64,000 nt of DNA from Candidatus Uhrbacteria bacterium (GTDB taxonomy: Bacteria; Patescibacteriota; Patescibacteriia; JACQRZ01), in contig JACQSC010000004.1 in assembly GCA_016206155.1 (NCBI GenBank), forward strand, positions 75,699-139,698, given 5' to 3'. The position numbers were made by a program, and so were the translations under genes. The notes below the pieces were generated by a model that was not told the origin of the DNA, searched no databases, and saw only the letters and a program-made list of their open reading frames with translations. This document shows positions 39,541-50,954 of the stretch, in pieces. Every line of letters starts with the position of its first letter. Position 1 is the first letter of the stretch.

Positions 39541-40499
39541 GGCATTGTGTTAATCTAACCCTTTAAGTTTATACAGCATGGCTTGATGTATGTATGGTCG
39601 CACGATTCGAGCAAAATCGTCAGCCGATTCGGCAAGAATCATGATCTGTAATCCATCTGTTTGCTTCCTCGCATGCGAGGAAAGCGCATAGCGCGATTTC
39701 AATGCATTCATCAATCGTTCGATGTCCTTTGCGTGAAAGGACTGTGTATTCAGGATTCGCGCTCTGTGATGTTTTGACTTTACCGATCCGTCATCCATAT
39801 ACCATACTGCGAGAGCAAGCGGAGTCAGCCATCGATGAATCAGTTTTGGCACTTTCTTCACTCCGTTTTTCTCATAGTACTGATGCGCATAGAAACGCAA
39901 TGCGCCATGACTGACGGTAGAGAACCCGTAGTTTACACTTCGGATTCCTTCACGTTTTTTTATTTTTTCTCTTGGGAGTGTCAGGATCCATTTTCGAAAT
40001 TCATCATAGAGCCAATCGACATATTCCTTTTGTTTGATCGAGTGTTCGATCTTCAAACGATATGTTCGACCGTTATTTTGCGTCTCGAGATGACCATCCC
40101 CCAACAGGAGCCCAAATAAAATTTCTTTTTGCCGTTTTGTCAGTGCCAATTGTTTCTTCGCGTCTTCAATAGTTCGTGAATACATACATCATGTATTTAG
40201 TTAGATCCTCAATCTGCGTCATAGGCGGTTGGTATGACACGTTTCTCCATGTTCATCGGAGTGATTGAAGTCTCAAGGTTTCCCTTGAGATCAGACTCTA
40301 TCATTCCGGTATATGCTACCGGACCGACGTAGAGTCGTTGAGGAGTCCCATTCTTCTTAGAAAACGGGTTCCCTGCTGATTGTCTGCCGACGTATGTCTT
40401 CTTCAAAACATTTTTACTAAGCAGTAGTTTTGAATTTTTGCAGATGTTCCAGCATATAGTCGGTTTTCCTTCGATTACTCGAAGGGCCCCATTGCGTTA
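39541..40499 (-). mobile_element. group I intron at about E. coli 2263 (GGUCGCCU^UAAAAGGUAACGGAGG) carrying a LAGLIDADG ORF
   Basis: Exon breaks bracket ORF 39550..40185. Shares CUAUAUGCUGGAA and CAAUCAGCAGGGAA core segments with the 1917-site intron. Confidence 0.55.
39550..40185 (-). CDS. LAGLIDADG homing endonuclease, double-motif
   Basis: FGLLLGDGH and LAVWYMDDGS motifs, 211 aa. Confidence 0.85.
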   Translation of the reverse strand: MYSRTIEDAKKQLALTKRQKEILFGLLLGDGHLETQNNGRTYRLKIEHSIKQKEYVDWLYDEFRKWILTLPREKIKKREGIRSVNYGFSTVSHGALRFYAHQYYEKNGVKKVPKLIHRWLTPLALAVWYMDDGSVKSKHHRARILNTQSFHAKDIERLMNALKSRYALSSHARKQTDGLQIMILAESADDFARIVRPYIHQAMLYKLKGLD

Positions 40500-40786
40500 A
40501 GGCGACCGCCCCAGTCAAACTACCCACCAGATACTGTCTCCCTTGCGGATAACGCAAGTAGATCAAGAATTACAAATGCACAAGGGTGGTGTCTCATTGT
40601 TCCCTTGCGGGTCCCACCTACACTGAACAGGTGCATCCATAATCCAATATCAAGTTGTAGTAAAGCTTCACGGGGTCTTTTCGTCCAGCCGTGGGAAAAG
40701 AGCATCTTCACTCCTCTTGCAATTTCGCCGGGTCCCTTGTTAAGACAGTTATTTAGTTGTTATGCCATTCGTGCAGGTCGGAACTC

Positions 40787-41518
40787 CACAGTTCATCATG
40801 TTGCCATAATGGCAGACTATACATTCATCTTCCTGTCATCCGTAGGAGACTCTCCATTGTATATCGCCTCGCTCCAAGACCATTCATCTGATAGGCGCGT
40901 GTGATGATTATTTTTAAACCATCGCTCGTTCTGTGTTGCCGCTTCAATACATTGGCACAGATTGATCGCCATGTCTCAAAGTCATGATACTTTGATGAGC
41001 GAAGGGGATACTGTTCGAAGTGTGGAATAATCTTTTCACAAAGATCGTTAATGTTTCGAACTTCATATTTGTATGTTCCGTCGTGGATATTGAATCGGAT
41101 TGTCCCGCATCCAAAGAAGTCTTTGAGGTCATCAAGAACCACTTTACTTCTTTGGTGCTGACTAATCGTGAAGCTTGGACGCGTTTCGACGCCAAGAAGA
41201 AATTTTTTCCGTATCGAAAATGATACGAGAAAACTTCCTTCACCATCAACAAACCCTGAAACATACCATGGATTGAGCTCCATAGATTGACTTATTTACT
41301 TAGGAAGAGTCGGCGTGTTACCTCTGCTCATTGCAGAAGTCTTCTCTTTCGAGGCAGTCGTTACGGGGTCAAGTCCGATTGACATCGGACCGACTTCCCA
41401 CGGTATTATCCATATATTATATCATAGTATGGACTTCACCGTTATGAGCCGATTTACATGTATCGCGTCACCACGATACTCGGGCAAGTTCTCTCCGACC
41501 AAGGAGGAACATGTGTTC
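40787..41518 (-). mobile_element. group I intron at the E. coli 1931-equivalent site (GUCGGGU^AGUUCCGACC) carrying a LAGLIDADG ORF
   Basis: The exon stops after GUCGGGU and resumes at GUUCCGACCUGCACGAAUGG. 235 nt of intron separate the exon end from the ORF ATG. Confidence 0.65.
40825..41283 (-). CDS. LAGLIDADG homing endonuclease, single-motif I-CreI-like
   Basis: YVSGFVDGEGSF motif, 152 aa. Confidence 0.85.
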   Translation of the reverse strand: MELNPWYVSGFVDGEGSFLVSFSIRKKFLLGVETRPSFTISQHQRSKVVLDDLKDFFGCGTIRFNIHDGTYKYEVRNINDLCEKIIPHFEQYPLRSSKYHDFETWRSICANVLKRQHRTSDGLKIIITRAYQMNGLGARRYTMESLLRMTGR

Positions 41519-41539
41519 ACCCGACAAGGAATTTCGCTA

Positions 41540-41797
41540 GCCGCTTCCTTTGTGCGACGAACTCTCTCTTCACCCATTTATACTATCATTATAGCATAAA
41601 TGGGGCACGGCGTAGAGTTTCTGGAGGGTCCGATTGACGTCGGACTTCCCTGCTGATTGCCCAAGGCATTTGGGTTTCCAGCATATAGCCATGTTTTGAC
41701 CATTTCCATATTACTATGGAATGAGGCAGCTTTTTCTATTTACCCATTCACTATAACGGTCCCAGTCCTTCTCGATTCCACCATTGTGAAATCGAGA
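41540..41797 (-). mobile_element. group I intron, ORF-less, at the E. coli 1917-equivalent site (GGUCCUAAGGU^AGCGAAAUUCC)
   Basis: About 255 nt separate perfectly conserved exon flanks; no ORF inside. Confidence 0.6.
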
Positions 41798-43570
41798 ACC
41801 TTAGGACCCTTATAGTTAGGGCCGGCGTTCATCAGCGCTTCAGTTCAAAGCATTCCAGATAAATCCAGTCAACTTCTCCCTTTAACGTTCTGACACTGGC
41901 CAGGCATCAGCCCCTATACATAGCCTTTCGGCTTAGCAGAGACCTATGTTTTTGGTAAACAGTCACTAAATAAACGTTAGCTGCGCCCGGCCTAAAGGCC
42001 GGGGAGGCATATCCCGAAGTTACGCCTAGCTTTTTTGCCGAGTTCCTAAACAAGGGTTCTCCCGTACACCTGAGTATACTCAACCCGTCCACCTGTGTCG
42101 GTTTGCGGTACGAGTGCTCACCAGTTAACTCGTGGGGTGCAGGAACTAATCCAGTATCGTTTGAGCGATATTGTTCTGTGTCCATATTCAAGGCGCGAGG
42201 AGCGACACGATGTAAATGCATCGTTAGCGATCTCGCAACACAGAATATGGCACAGAACAAATCGCCCGAAGGGAGACTAAAAAATGGCCGATTTTTTTGT
42301 TGCTCCTCCTCGAAGTACTACTCAGTACTCCTTTGTCGTCGCGCCTCGAAATCGTCTCATTTTTTAGCCTCTCAAGACAATGCTGGATTAGTTCCTGCAC
42401 CCCTGGGCTTTTCTAGGCTTCTCCGTCTCCCGGCTTGCAGAATATCGCTATTCCGCTCGATCCCATACCTTACGATATGGTCTGCGCGTATAACCAAAAC
42501 ACGCCCGGAACGTGGAAAAGCGTCCCCCATCGAAACTGATGAGCAGTTCAGGAATATTAACCTGATATCCATCGGCTACCCCTCATTAATCAAGGACTCA
42601 CCTTAGGATCGACTAACCCTGGGTCGATTTGCGTTGCCCAGGAATCCTTGGACTTTCGGTGTTGAAGGTTTTCACTTCAATTTTTGCTACTTATGCCAAC
42701 ATTCGCACTTCTGTACGCTCCACCATTTTTCACAAAACAGCTTCATCGCCTACAGAACGTTCCTCTACCGCCCAGGCCTAAAGGCCTGGGCCCATATCTT
42801 CGGTACCACGTTTGAGCCCCGATATATTTTCGGCGCGCGGCAACTGGACCAGTGAGCTATTACGCTTTCTTTAAATGATGGCTGCCTCTAAGCCAACATC
42901 CTGGTTGTATAAGTCGCGACACCACCTTTTACACTTAACGTGGATTTAGGGACCTTAGATGATGATCTGGGCTGTTCCCCTTTAGACGGACGGACCTTAG
43001 CGCCCATCGTCTGACTCCCGCTGTATAGCATTTCCAGTATTCGGAGTTTGGTTGGGGGCGGCAGGATTTCTCCACCCGACCCCATTCAGTGCTCTACCCC
43101 TGGATGCCACAACGAGGCTAGTCCAAAAACTATTTCGAGGAAAACAAGCTATTACCGAGTTCGATTGGAATTTCTCCCCTAACCTCAGCTCATCCCCATG
43201 CGTTGCACGACATGTGGGTTCGGGCCTCCTCCGACCTTTCGGACGGACTCACCCTGGCCAAGGCTAGCTCACCCGGTTTCGTGTCTTGTGCATGCTGCTT
43301 CTTGAGGGTGTAGGGTTCAGGGGTCAGGGTTTAGATTGCGGTGACCGCAACCCTCTACCCTTTACCCTAAACCCTTTACCCTCAAATGCGCCCCATTCAG
43401 ACTCGGTTTCCCTTCGCTTCCTCCGCTTCATGCGGATTAAACTTGCAACATACAGCAAACTCGTTGGCTCATTCTTCAATAGGAACGCCGTCACCCCCGG
43501 ATTACTCCGAAAGCTCCGACTCCTTGTAAGCACACGGTTTCAGATACTATTTCATCGGCCTCCCGGCCTG

Positions 43571-43610
<40 letters not shown>

Positions 43611-44637
43611 GTCAAAAGTGTTTAGCCTTACCAGATAGTCCTGGCGGATTCCCGCTCGCTTTCACGAGGCGCGCGGTACTTGGGAACACATACGACAGAT
43701 TGGAAGATTGTTTTTGCATACGGGGCTTTCACCCTCTTTGGCAGGCCTTCCCAGACCTTTCTCCTAACAATCCGCCGCTCTGCATGGTTGGATCAGCAAC
43801 CACATATATGCGTCCCGCTACCCCAAAAAAACCTATAGCCCGATCGCCTTCCCTCACAACTTGAAATCTTCCTTGCGGAAAAAACCTTATCATGAGTTAG
43901 AGTTTTCTTGGTTTTGGCTCTTCCCTTTTCGCTCGCCACTACTCGGGGAATAAACTCTTGTTCTCTTTTCCTCCGGCTACTGAGATGTTTCACTTCACCG
44001 GGTTGTCCCCCCGACGTACGTCGGGGTACCACGATCTTCCATCGTGGTGGGTTTCCCCATTCGGAAATCCTCGGATCACAGGTTGCTTGCCACCTTCCCG
44101 AGGCTTATCGCAGGCTGCTACGTCCTTCATCGTCTTTTGACGCCAAGGCATCCTCCGTGTGCCCTTAACTATATCTCGACCATAATCAAGACTTTTGCTC
44201 ATATCCGCCGCGCAAATACGGCAGTATGAACGTGTATACGTTTGAACTATGCTCTTTTCGTTTACTTTCTATTCAATTCAATTGTCAATGTGCGCTCTCT
44301 TTTTTAAGGAGAGTGGCGGGGGATTGAGCCTTTCTATCTCCCGTCACCATCCTCAAGCGTCAATTTTTTCTAAAGACAACAAAAAAACCGCCGGTAAGCG
44401 GTCTCATGAGGCGATTAGTCGTCTCGTTCAAGGCCCCTTACGTGTGCTTCTTTTTACTTTGTAGCAATCGAAACATTCGTTTTTAAGAGAAAATCGTTGA
44501 ACGAGACTGATGCGTCTCTCCTTGTTATTAAAACAAGTATTGCCATTATAGATGATAATAAAGGGATGTCAAGCCCCTATTTATAGGAAAAAATTTCCTC
44601 TGCTGTGCATGAAATGGGGATATTTTGGGGAAAAATA

Positions 44638-44721
44638 TGCTCCTGAGAGGACTCGAACCTCTAATCCCTTGCGAGAACAGCGTTCTAAGCGCTGCGCGTA
44701 TGCCAATTCCGCCACAGGAGC
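44638..44721 (-). tRNA. tRNA-Leu, anticodon UAG, long variable arm, no encoded CCA; located in the 23S leader region
   Basis: Acceptor GCTCCTG/CAGGAGC, anticodon loop CUUAGAA, T arm AGAGGTTCGAGTCCTCT. Confidence 0.8.
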
Positions 44722-44806
44722 AAATATCTTTGTATGTTTTGTTATATCACAAATACGAAAAATATGGTATACTATGTGTGGTGTATTTAATGCCTGTGGA
44801 AAACTC

Positions 44807-44834
44807 GAAATCATAAAGATAATTTTATGATTTC
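44807..44834. promoter_or_regulatory. perfect 11-bp-arm palindrome with a GATAAT centre, upstream of the surface-protein gene
   Basis: GAAATCATAAA-GATAAT-TTTATGATTTC lies 36 nt before the 44870 start. Confidence 0.3.
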
Positions 44835-44869
44835 ACCCTGAGCATAGCCGAGGGGTTTCTTTTGAATTT

Positions 44870-47578
44870 ATGATTGCAGATATCTCCTTTCTTGAGCGCC
44901 GCATAGAAGTGAAACAAAAACTGGCGCAAAAAAAATTCCGAGGGCAAAAACGCACCCCGGTTTATTCTCTGCTTGCCTTAATCGTTATGATTACCGGCAC
45001 GCTGGGAAGTTATTTGACACTTTCTTATGCCGCAACATCAATACGCCGCAGCCCGCTTGTGTTTCAGGGAAGGATTACTGACGCGAACTATGTTCCGATT
45101 GCTGATTCAACAACGCGGAGAATGGTCTTTCGCATCTATAACGCTGCAACTGCGGGAAATTGCCAATGGTCAACAGGAAACGCTGCTGACACGGCAGAAG
45201 CAACAAACTGCGCCATTGATATCACGCTCGCCGGAGACAACGCCGCGGAAGACAATGCTTCGGTTGCGACGACAATCACACGTGGCGTGTTTTCAGTGCC
45301 GATTGGAGACACTGGCTATCATGCGAATATGCGCGCGCTTCGCCTTGACTTTAACAACGCGGCAAACGAAGTATATTATATTGAGATAAGCGTCAAAAAT
45401 TCGAGCGGGGAGTATGAAACCCTTTCCCCGCGCATACGCATCGGATCGAGCGCGTATGCGTACAATGCGGATGAACTGGACGGAATCACGTCAGCGTCAT
45501 TCGCACAATTGGTCGGACAGGCAGGAGGACAAATACTTATCGGCGGAACAGCGACAACTGACGATTTGACATTGAGAACCACATCTGGAGCGGGCGAAAG
45601 CGGCGCTGACATGATTTTTCAGGTTGGAAACAATGGCGCGACAGAGGCGATGAGGATACTAAATGGCGGGAACATAGGCATAGGCGATACGTCGCCTGAT
45701 TCACTTCTGAATATTCAGTCTAGCGCGGCCGAGAATAATGGCATCATCGTTTCCCAAACAAATGCCGGGGATTATGATCCGTTCATACAATTTGAGCTTA
45801 CGGACGGCACTGCGTCGTATACCATGGGCATTGATGACAGCGTTGCTGGCGACCCATTCAAAATTTCAACAACCGCACTCGGGTCTGGAGATCTTCTTAC
45901 AATTGATTCAAGAATAAACACTTCCGGAGTTAGCGCATTTTCGTTTACCACTCCATTTCATACAGCAGGCATTACAAGCGTTTCAACGGCAGAATATACA
46001 ACGCTTACTGTCACGCCGCCCGTTATTCTGCTCTCAGGACAAACACAAGTAACATCGCAAATGGATTCAATCGTATTCAGCCAGCCAACCGTTTCAGACG
46101 CGCAAGCAATCACTGTAGATGATGCGGCGCTTCTCACGCTCCAAGGAGCGCCACTGGGCCAAACAGGAGTTACGATCAGTGATTCATACGCTCTAAAAAT
46201 AAACACCGCGACTGCCGGGGGAACCACTCGAACATATGGTCTGTATGTGGATGCGATGACAGGAGGCGTGGGTACGCATTATGCGGCCGCGTTTGCAAGC
46301 GGCAATGTCGGAATCGGCACGGCAACGCCAGGGCAAAAATTATCCGTTGCTGGAACTTTTGGTATTTTAGAAGGTGGGGCGTCACCAACTTATTATACCA
46401 TCTTCCAGGGTGGAGATCAGGCCGCGAACTTAACCTATACGCTCCCTTCAGCCGATGGAACGAACGGACAAGTCCTCGCTACAAATGGCGGCGGCACATT
46501 AAGTTGGACCACATCATCAGCTGGTTCTTCTTGGTCGCTTTTGGGCAATGCGTTTTCCGGAACAGAAAAATTGGGTTCAACGAACGATTACTCCGTTGTA
46601 ATGATCAACAACAATACCGATAGATTCCGCTTCACTACCAAAGGACAAATCGAGATATTAAGTTCAGCGGAATCTGTATTGATTGGCGAGGAAGCCGGGA
46701 AAAATCAAGACAACTCGGCAGGTAGGTATAATGTTTTCGTTGGACGCCAGGCCGGTCTTTCCAACACCACCGGCTCTGAGAATGTAGCAAGCGGATATCA
46801 AGCCCTTTATTCAAACACAACAGGCACTTATAACACGGCAATCGGACCTTACGCCCTTTTGTTAACCACTACTGGAACTAGAAACACGGCAAGCGGATTC
46901 GAGGCCCTTCGTGGTAACACCACAGGCTATGATAACACAGCAAACGGGTATGTAGCGCTTCGTTCCAACACCACAGGCTATCATAATGTCGCAAGCGGAC
47001 GCGGAGCGCTTTATTTAAACACCACGGGTTATCAGAATGTAGCAAACGGATTTGAAGCGCTTTATTCAAACACCACAGGCACTTATAACACAGCAAACGG
47101 ATATCAGGCGCTTTATTCAAACACCACAGGCACTTATAACACAGCAAACGGGATTAGCGCCCTTAGTGGCAACACCACTGGCAGCAATAACATCGCGATT
47201 GGCGTTGGCGCAGGCGATAACATTACCTCTGGTTCAAATAATATAATAATTGGTTTTAGTGTTGATGCGCCGGTTGCCACAAACAGCAACCAACTTTCCA
47301 TTGGCAACCTTATCTTTGCCACGGGCGGCTTTGGCACAGGAACTACTATTGGAAGCGGCAATGTCGGTATTGGCACGGCAACACCGCAAAGCACCCTCCA
47401 GGTAGATGGGGGATATATTCAGTTTGATTTTGTTACAGTCGCGCCCAATGCCGCAGATTGTGATGACGCAGCTGAAGCGGGACGTGTCATTGTTTTTGCA
47501 AATGGCGCAGGCGCCGCGCAACTCTATGTCTGTGATTCTGATGATGGCGATGGCAGCCCAGGCTGGGTCACGAAGTAA
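44870..47578 (+). CDS. large cell-surface protein with N-terminal membrane anchor and tandem NTTGxxNTAxG beta-helix repeats (tail-fibre/adhesin-like) and a GNVGIGTATP motif
   Basis: 902 aa with repeated (A)L(Y/R)SNTTG(T)YNTA(N)G units and a C-terminal GIGTATPQSTLQVDG segment typical of tail-fibre/adhesin stalks. Confidence 0.65.
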   Translation: MIADISFLERRIEVKQKLAQKKFRGQKRTPVYSLLALIVMITGTLGSYLTLSYAATSIRRSPLVFQGRITDANYVPIADSTTRRMVFRIYNAATAGNCQWSTGNAADTAEATNCAIDITLAGDNAAEDNASVATTITRGVFSVPIGDTGYHANMRALRLDFNNAANEVYYIEISVKNSSGEYETLSPRIRIGSSAYAYNADELDGITSASFAQLVGQAGGQILIGGTATTDDLTLRTTSGAGESGADMIFQVGNNGATEAMRILNGGNIGIGDTSPDSLLNIQSSAAENNGIIVSQTNAGDYDPFIQFELTDGTASYTMGIDDSVAGDPFKISTTALGSGDLLTIDSRINTSGVSAFSFTTPFHTAGITSVSTAEYTTLTVTPPVILLSGQTQVTSQMDSIVFSQPTVSDAQAITVDDAALLTLQGAPLGQTGVTISDSYALKINTATAGGTTRTYGLYVDAMTGGVGTHYAAAFASGNVGIGTATPGQKLSVAGTFGILEGGASPTYYTIFQGGDQAANLTYTLPSADGTNGQVLATNGGGTLSWTTSSAGSSWSLLGNAFSGTEKLGSTNDYSVVMINNNTDRFRFTTKGQIEILSSAESVLIGEEAGKNQDNSAGRYNVFVGRQAGLSNTTGSENVASGYQALYSNTTGTYNTAIGPYALLLTTTGTRNTASGFEALRGNTTGYDNTANGYVALRSNTTGYHNVASGRGALYLNTTGYQNVANGFEALYSNTTGTYNTANGYQALYSNTTGTYNTANGISALSGNTTGSNNIAIGVGAGDNITSGSNNIIIGFSVDAPVATNSNQLSIGNLIFATGGFGTGTTIGSGNVGIGTATPQSTLQVDGGYIQFDFVTVAPNAADCDDAAEAGRVIVFANGAGAAQLYVCDSDDGDGSPGWVTK

Positions 47579-47616
47579 TAGCTATGTTCGACATCGGATG
47601 TCGAACATAATGTAAC

Positions 47617-48342
47617 ATGCGTTTCCTCACTCAAAAGAAACTTTTTGTTATTAGTATCGTCATAATACTTGCGTTGCCAGAATTTGGGAATGCGCAATTG
47701 TCGTCCGATAGTTTCCGCGTGACATCTGATTCGGTCAACTGCGGCGGGGGGGGCAGTACATCAAACAGCTTTGCGATCTCCTCAACCATTTGCGAGCCCT
47801 CTGATGCGCGGACGCTTACCTCGACGAGCTTTGTTGCTGAATCGGGTTTCCAATATATGGAGGACACACCGTTCATCACCGTTTCCCTCCTTAACGCTGC
47901 GGGAAGCGCGGCAAAAAATTCGATCGCTTACGGTTCGATGACCCCGACGAGCGGAACAAAAAGTGACAGTATCCTTGTCAGGGTCACGACCAATGCCGCC
48001 AATGGATATGTTGGCTCAATACTCTCCGACGGTCTCCTTCGTACTGGGTCAAGCTCCATCGATTTTTCAATCCAAAACGTTGCGGATGGGTCGGTCGACG
48101 GGTCGGCAAACGGTTCTCCATCAGGGGAATCGGGCTTTTCGGTCTCAAGCTCTGATACCACAAATTGCACCCGCCCTTCCGGCGACCAGGGAATTGTGAC
48201 AAGCGGGACGCCATTCGCCACCTGCACCACATGGAAAACCCAATCCGACAACACACTCACTTTCAAAGCCGCTGTTTCGTCCAATAACTTGTCCGGGTCG
48301 TATTCTCAAAACCTTACAATTGTCGTTACAGGATCCTTTTGA
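47617..48342 (+). CDS. secreted Ser/Thr-rich hypothetical protein
   Basis: Signal peptide (ILALPEFGNA), 241 aa. Confidence 0.55.
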   Translation: MRFLTQKKLFVISIVIILALPEFGNAQLSSDSFRVTSDSVNCGGGGSTSNSFAISSTICEPSDARTLTSTSFVAESGFQYMEDTPFITVSLLNAAGSAAKNSIAYGSMTPTSGTKSDSILVRVTTNAANGYVGSILSDGLLRTGSSSIDFSIQNVADGSVDGSANGSPSGESGFSVSSSDTTNCTRPSGDQGIVTSGTPFATCTTWKTQSDNTLTFKAAVSSNNLSGSYSQNLTIVVTGSF

Positions 48343-48444
48343 TGGACATATTTCGTCCACAGGCACCTCTTTACAGAAAAAAACAGATGGCTATAATACC
48401 GATACGCTAAAAATGCGTATTTTTATTCTTTTCTGCACACCCCT

Positions 48445-50898
48445 ATGGCGTATGCAAAGGTAGGCACTGAGGAGGAGTCCAATATAAAGGATCAATGGTC
48501 TGTAATGCTCGATCGTGTCCTCGAGTGGTCGTTTGTCGGTCTTGTTTTTTTAATGCCCCTGTTTTTCTTGCCCCTCACAACGGAAGCGCTTGAATTAAAC
48601 AAGCAAATGCTTCTTTTTGTCGGCGCGTTGTGGCTCGGCCTTTTGTTTACAACCCGCATTGTCGTTACCGGCCATATCGAAGTAAGGCGCTCGCCCCTCT
48701 ATTGGGGATTCCTTGGCATGCTGGTCGCATGGATTCTGGCAACTGTTTTTTCTTCATATCCCTATAACAGCGTTATCGGCCTTGAGCGCCAGGAGTTTGT
48801 AAGCCTTGCCTCAATCGTCGCGCTTCTTGTTATCACCTTTATCGTTGGCAACACCGGCACGCCGCGTATTGCCAATAAGACGGTATGCGCTCTTCTCTGC
48901 TCGACAACGCTTGTTACAATCATCGGCGGATTTCACATGTTTGGCGTTTCGCTCTTCCCTTGGGATTTCACAAAAGTTTCCGCCTTTAACCCTGTCGGCC
49001 TCTATGTTCTATGGGGTGTTCTTGCAACTATAACGCTCGTCATGGCGGTAACGGAAATAATTCGCGTCTCCCTTGTCGAATCAAAGAACAAAGCGCTCAC
49101 CACCATTCTTCTTGCGCTCTATTCCGTACTGCACCTCGTACTTCTTATCATGTTTGACAACACGGTCCTCTGGCTTGCACTCGCCGTTGGCCTTGTCATT
49201 TCGTTGGTTGTCCTCTATCTCAAGCTCCCGCAGAACCAAAAGGTTAGCTGGTTGATGCTTCCATGCTTTCTGGTTGTCTTTGCTATCACCATGACAATTG
49301 TGAATCCTCCGCGCTTTGTCACTCTGCCGATTGTTGCCATGCCATCTCTGCAAGCGAGCGCAGACATCACCCTCGGCGCCCTCAAGGAATCTCCGGCTTT
49401 GGGAATCGGGCCAGGCAACTTTTTGAGCGCCTTCACGAAAAATCGCCCCGCAGAACTCAACAGGGTAAGCCTCATGGATCTCTGGACATCACGCTTTGAC
49501 CAATCAAGCTCATACTTCCTTACCAAGGTGGCGGAAACCGGCGCTGCTGGACTCATCGCAATGCTTGCGCTTATCCTGTTGGTCATCTGGCAGGTTCTTG
49601 CCTACCTTAAACGCGAGGATCTCAACGAAACAACGCTCTCATTTGTGGGAGCCATATCAGCCCTTGGCGCCATGGGGGTTGCCGTTGTCCTTCTCCCCTC
49701 AAACATGACCGTTACATTCGTCTGGTGGCTGCTCATTGCGCTCGTCCTTCTCTTTACAGCACAGCCGGGGAAAGTACTGTCAGGAAGCCAATCAAACAAA
49801 TTCGTTATTCTTTCTTCCGTTGTACTGTATACGCTTGTCATGCTTGGCTTTGTCGGCATCCTCTTTGCCGGCAATCGCTACCGAGCGGACATGGCGTTTG
49901 CCAATGCCATGATTGTCGACCGCAAACTTGCCGTCGATGTATCCAAGCGCGGCGAGGCCGCAAAACCCGAAGAGATCGATTCGCTTATTCGAGGAATCGG
50001 GGACGCAATTGCTATCGACCAGAACAATCACCTCTATCCGCGGGCACTTTCTCAGGCGATCAACTATAAACTATCGCGCGTAATTGCGAGCGCAAAATCA
50101 GAAGATGAAGCGCGTGCGGCGCTCCAAACGCTCCCTCAGCAGGCGATTGCCGCGGCAAATCGCTCGGTTGCGCTCAACTCAAAGGATGTGCGCAATCATG
50201 GCAACGTTGCGCGGGTATACCAATCCATCTTGCCGTTTGCCAATGACGCGGAAAAGCTCGCGCTTGAATCATACAAAAAAGCCGCAGAGCTTGACCCAAC
50301 CAATCCTGTCGCGCGCTTTGACCTCGCGCGCCTGTATTTGGATAGCGCAGTGCTCCATAAACGCCGAGCAAACGTAAAAGACGTAAAGGAGGAGGTCAAG
50401 AAAAAGGAAACAGATGCAATGAATGCCGCTCTTGGCGAGGCGGAAAAATACCTCAATGAAACGCTTGAGTTAAAACAAGACTTTGCGCCGGCCTACTTCC
50501 ACAAGGCAACAATAGAATCAGAGCGCGGACGCAAAGAAGAGGCGCTGAAACTGCTTGATACCGCTCTTGTGGTCAATGCCCGCCTCGCAAAGTTGCGCAG
50601 CGCGGATGAGGGACTTTTCTATCTCACCGGCCTTGCCTATGCGAGTCTGAACGAAAAGGATCGCGCGTCAAACGCATTCCGCGCCGCATTCACGCTACGC
50701 CCAAACTACCAGCTGGCACTCTGGAACTACTCGATATTACAGCTTGACAAGGGTAACAAGGACGAAGCAATTGCCGCATTGGATCGCATCCTGCAATATG
50801 ACCCGGAGAACAAGACCGTGAAGGAACAGCTTGAGAAGATCAAGTCCGGGAAAACCGATGCGAAAGAAGCGCCAAAGGAAGGTGAAAAGAAAAAATAA
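48445..50898 (+). CDS. polytopic membrane protein of the O-antigen ligase/Wzy_C family fused to C-terminal TPR repeats
   Basis: About 12 TM helices followed by a TPR-rich soluble domain and a Lys/Glu tail, 817 aa. Confidence 0.65.
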   Translation: MAYAKVGTEEESNIKDQWSVMLDRVLEWSFVGLVFLMPLFFLPLTTEALELNKQMLLFVGALWLGLLFTTRIVVTGHIEVRRSPLYWGFLGMLVAWILATVFSSYPYNSVIGLERQEFVSLASIVALLVITFIVGNTGTPRIANKTVCALLCSTTLVTIIGGFHMFGVSLFPWDFTKVSAFNPVGLYVLWGVLATITLVMAVTEIIRVSLVESKNKALTTILLALYSVLHLVLLIMFDNTVLWLALAVGLVISLVVLYLKLPQNQKVSWLMLPCFLVVFAITMTIVNPPRFVTLPIVAMPSLQASADITLGALKESPALGIGPGNFLSAFTKNRPAELNRVSLMDLWTSRFDQSSSYFLTKVAETGAAGLIAMLALILLVIWQVLAYLKREDLNETTLSFVGAISALGAMGVAVVLLPSNMTVTFVWWLLIALVLLFTAQPGKVLSGSQSNKFVILSSVVLYTLVMLGFVGILFAGNRYRADMAFANAMIVDRKLAVDVSKRGEAAKPEEIDSLIRGIGDAIAIDQNNHLYPRALSQAINYKLSRVIASAKSEDEARAALQTLPQQAIAAANRSVALNSKDVRNHGNVARVYQSILPFANDAEKLALESYKKAAELDPTNPVARFDLARLYLDSAVLHKRRANVKDVKEEVKKKETDAMNAALGEAEKYLNETLELKQDFAPAYFHKATIESERGRKEEALKLLDTALVVNARLAKLRSADEGLFYLTGLAYASLNEKDRASNAFRAAFTLRPNYQLALWNYSILQLDKGNKDEAIAALDRILQYDPENKTVKEQLEKIKSGKTDAKEAPKEGEKKK

Positions 50899-50954
50899 TA
50901 GCGCGCAAAAAAGAACCCCGTGTGATTCGGGGTTCTTTTTTTGTTCTATCTTCC

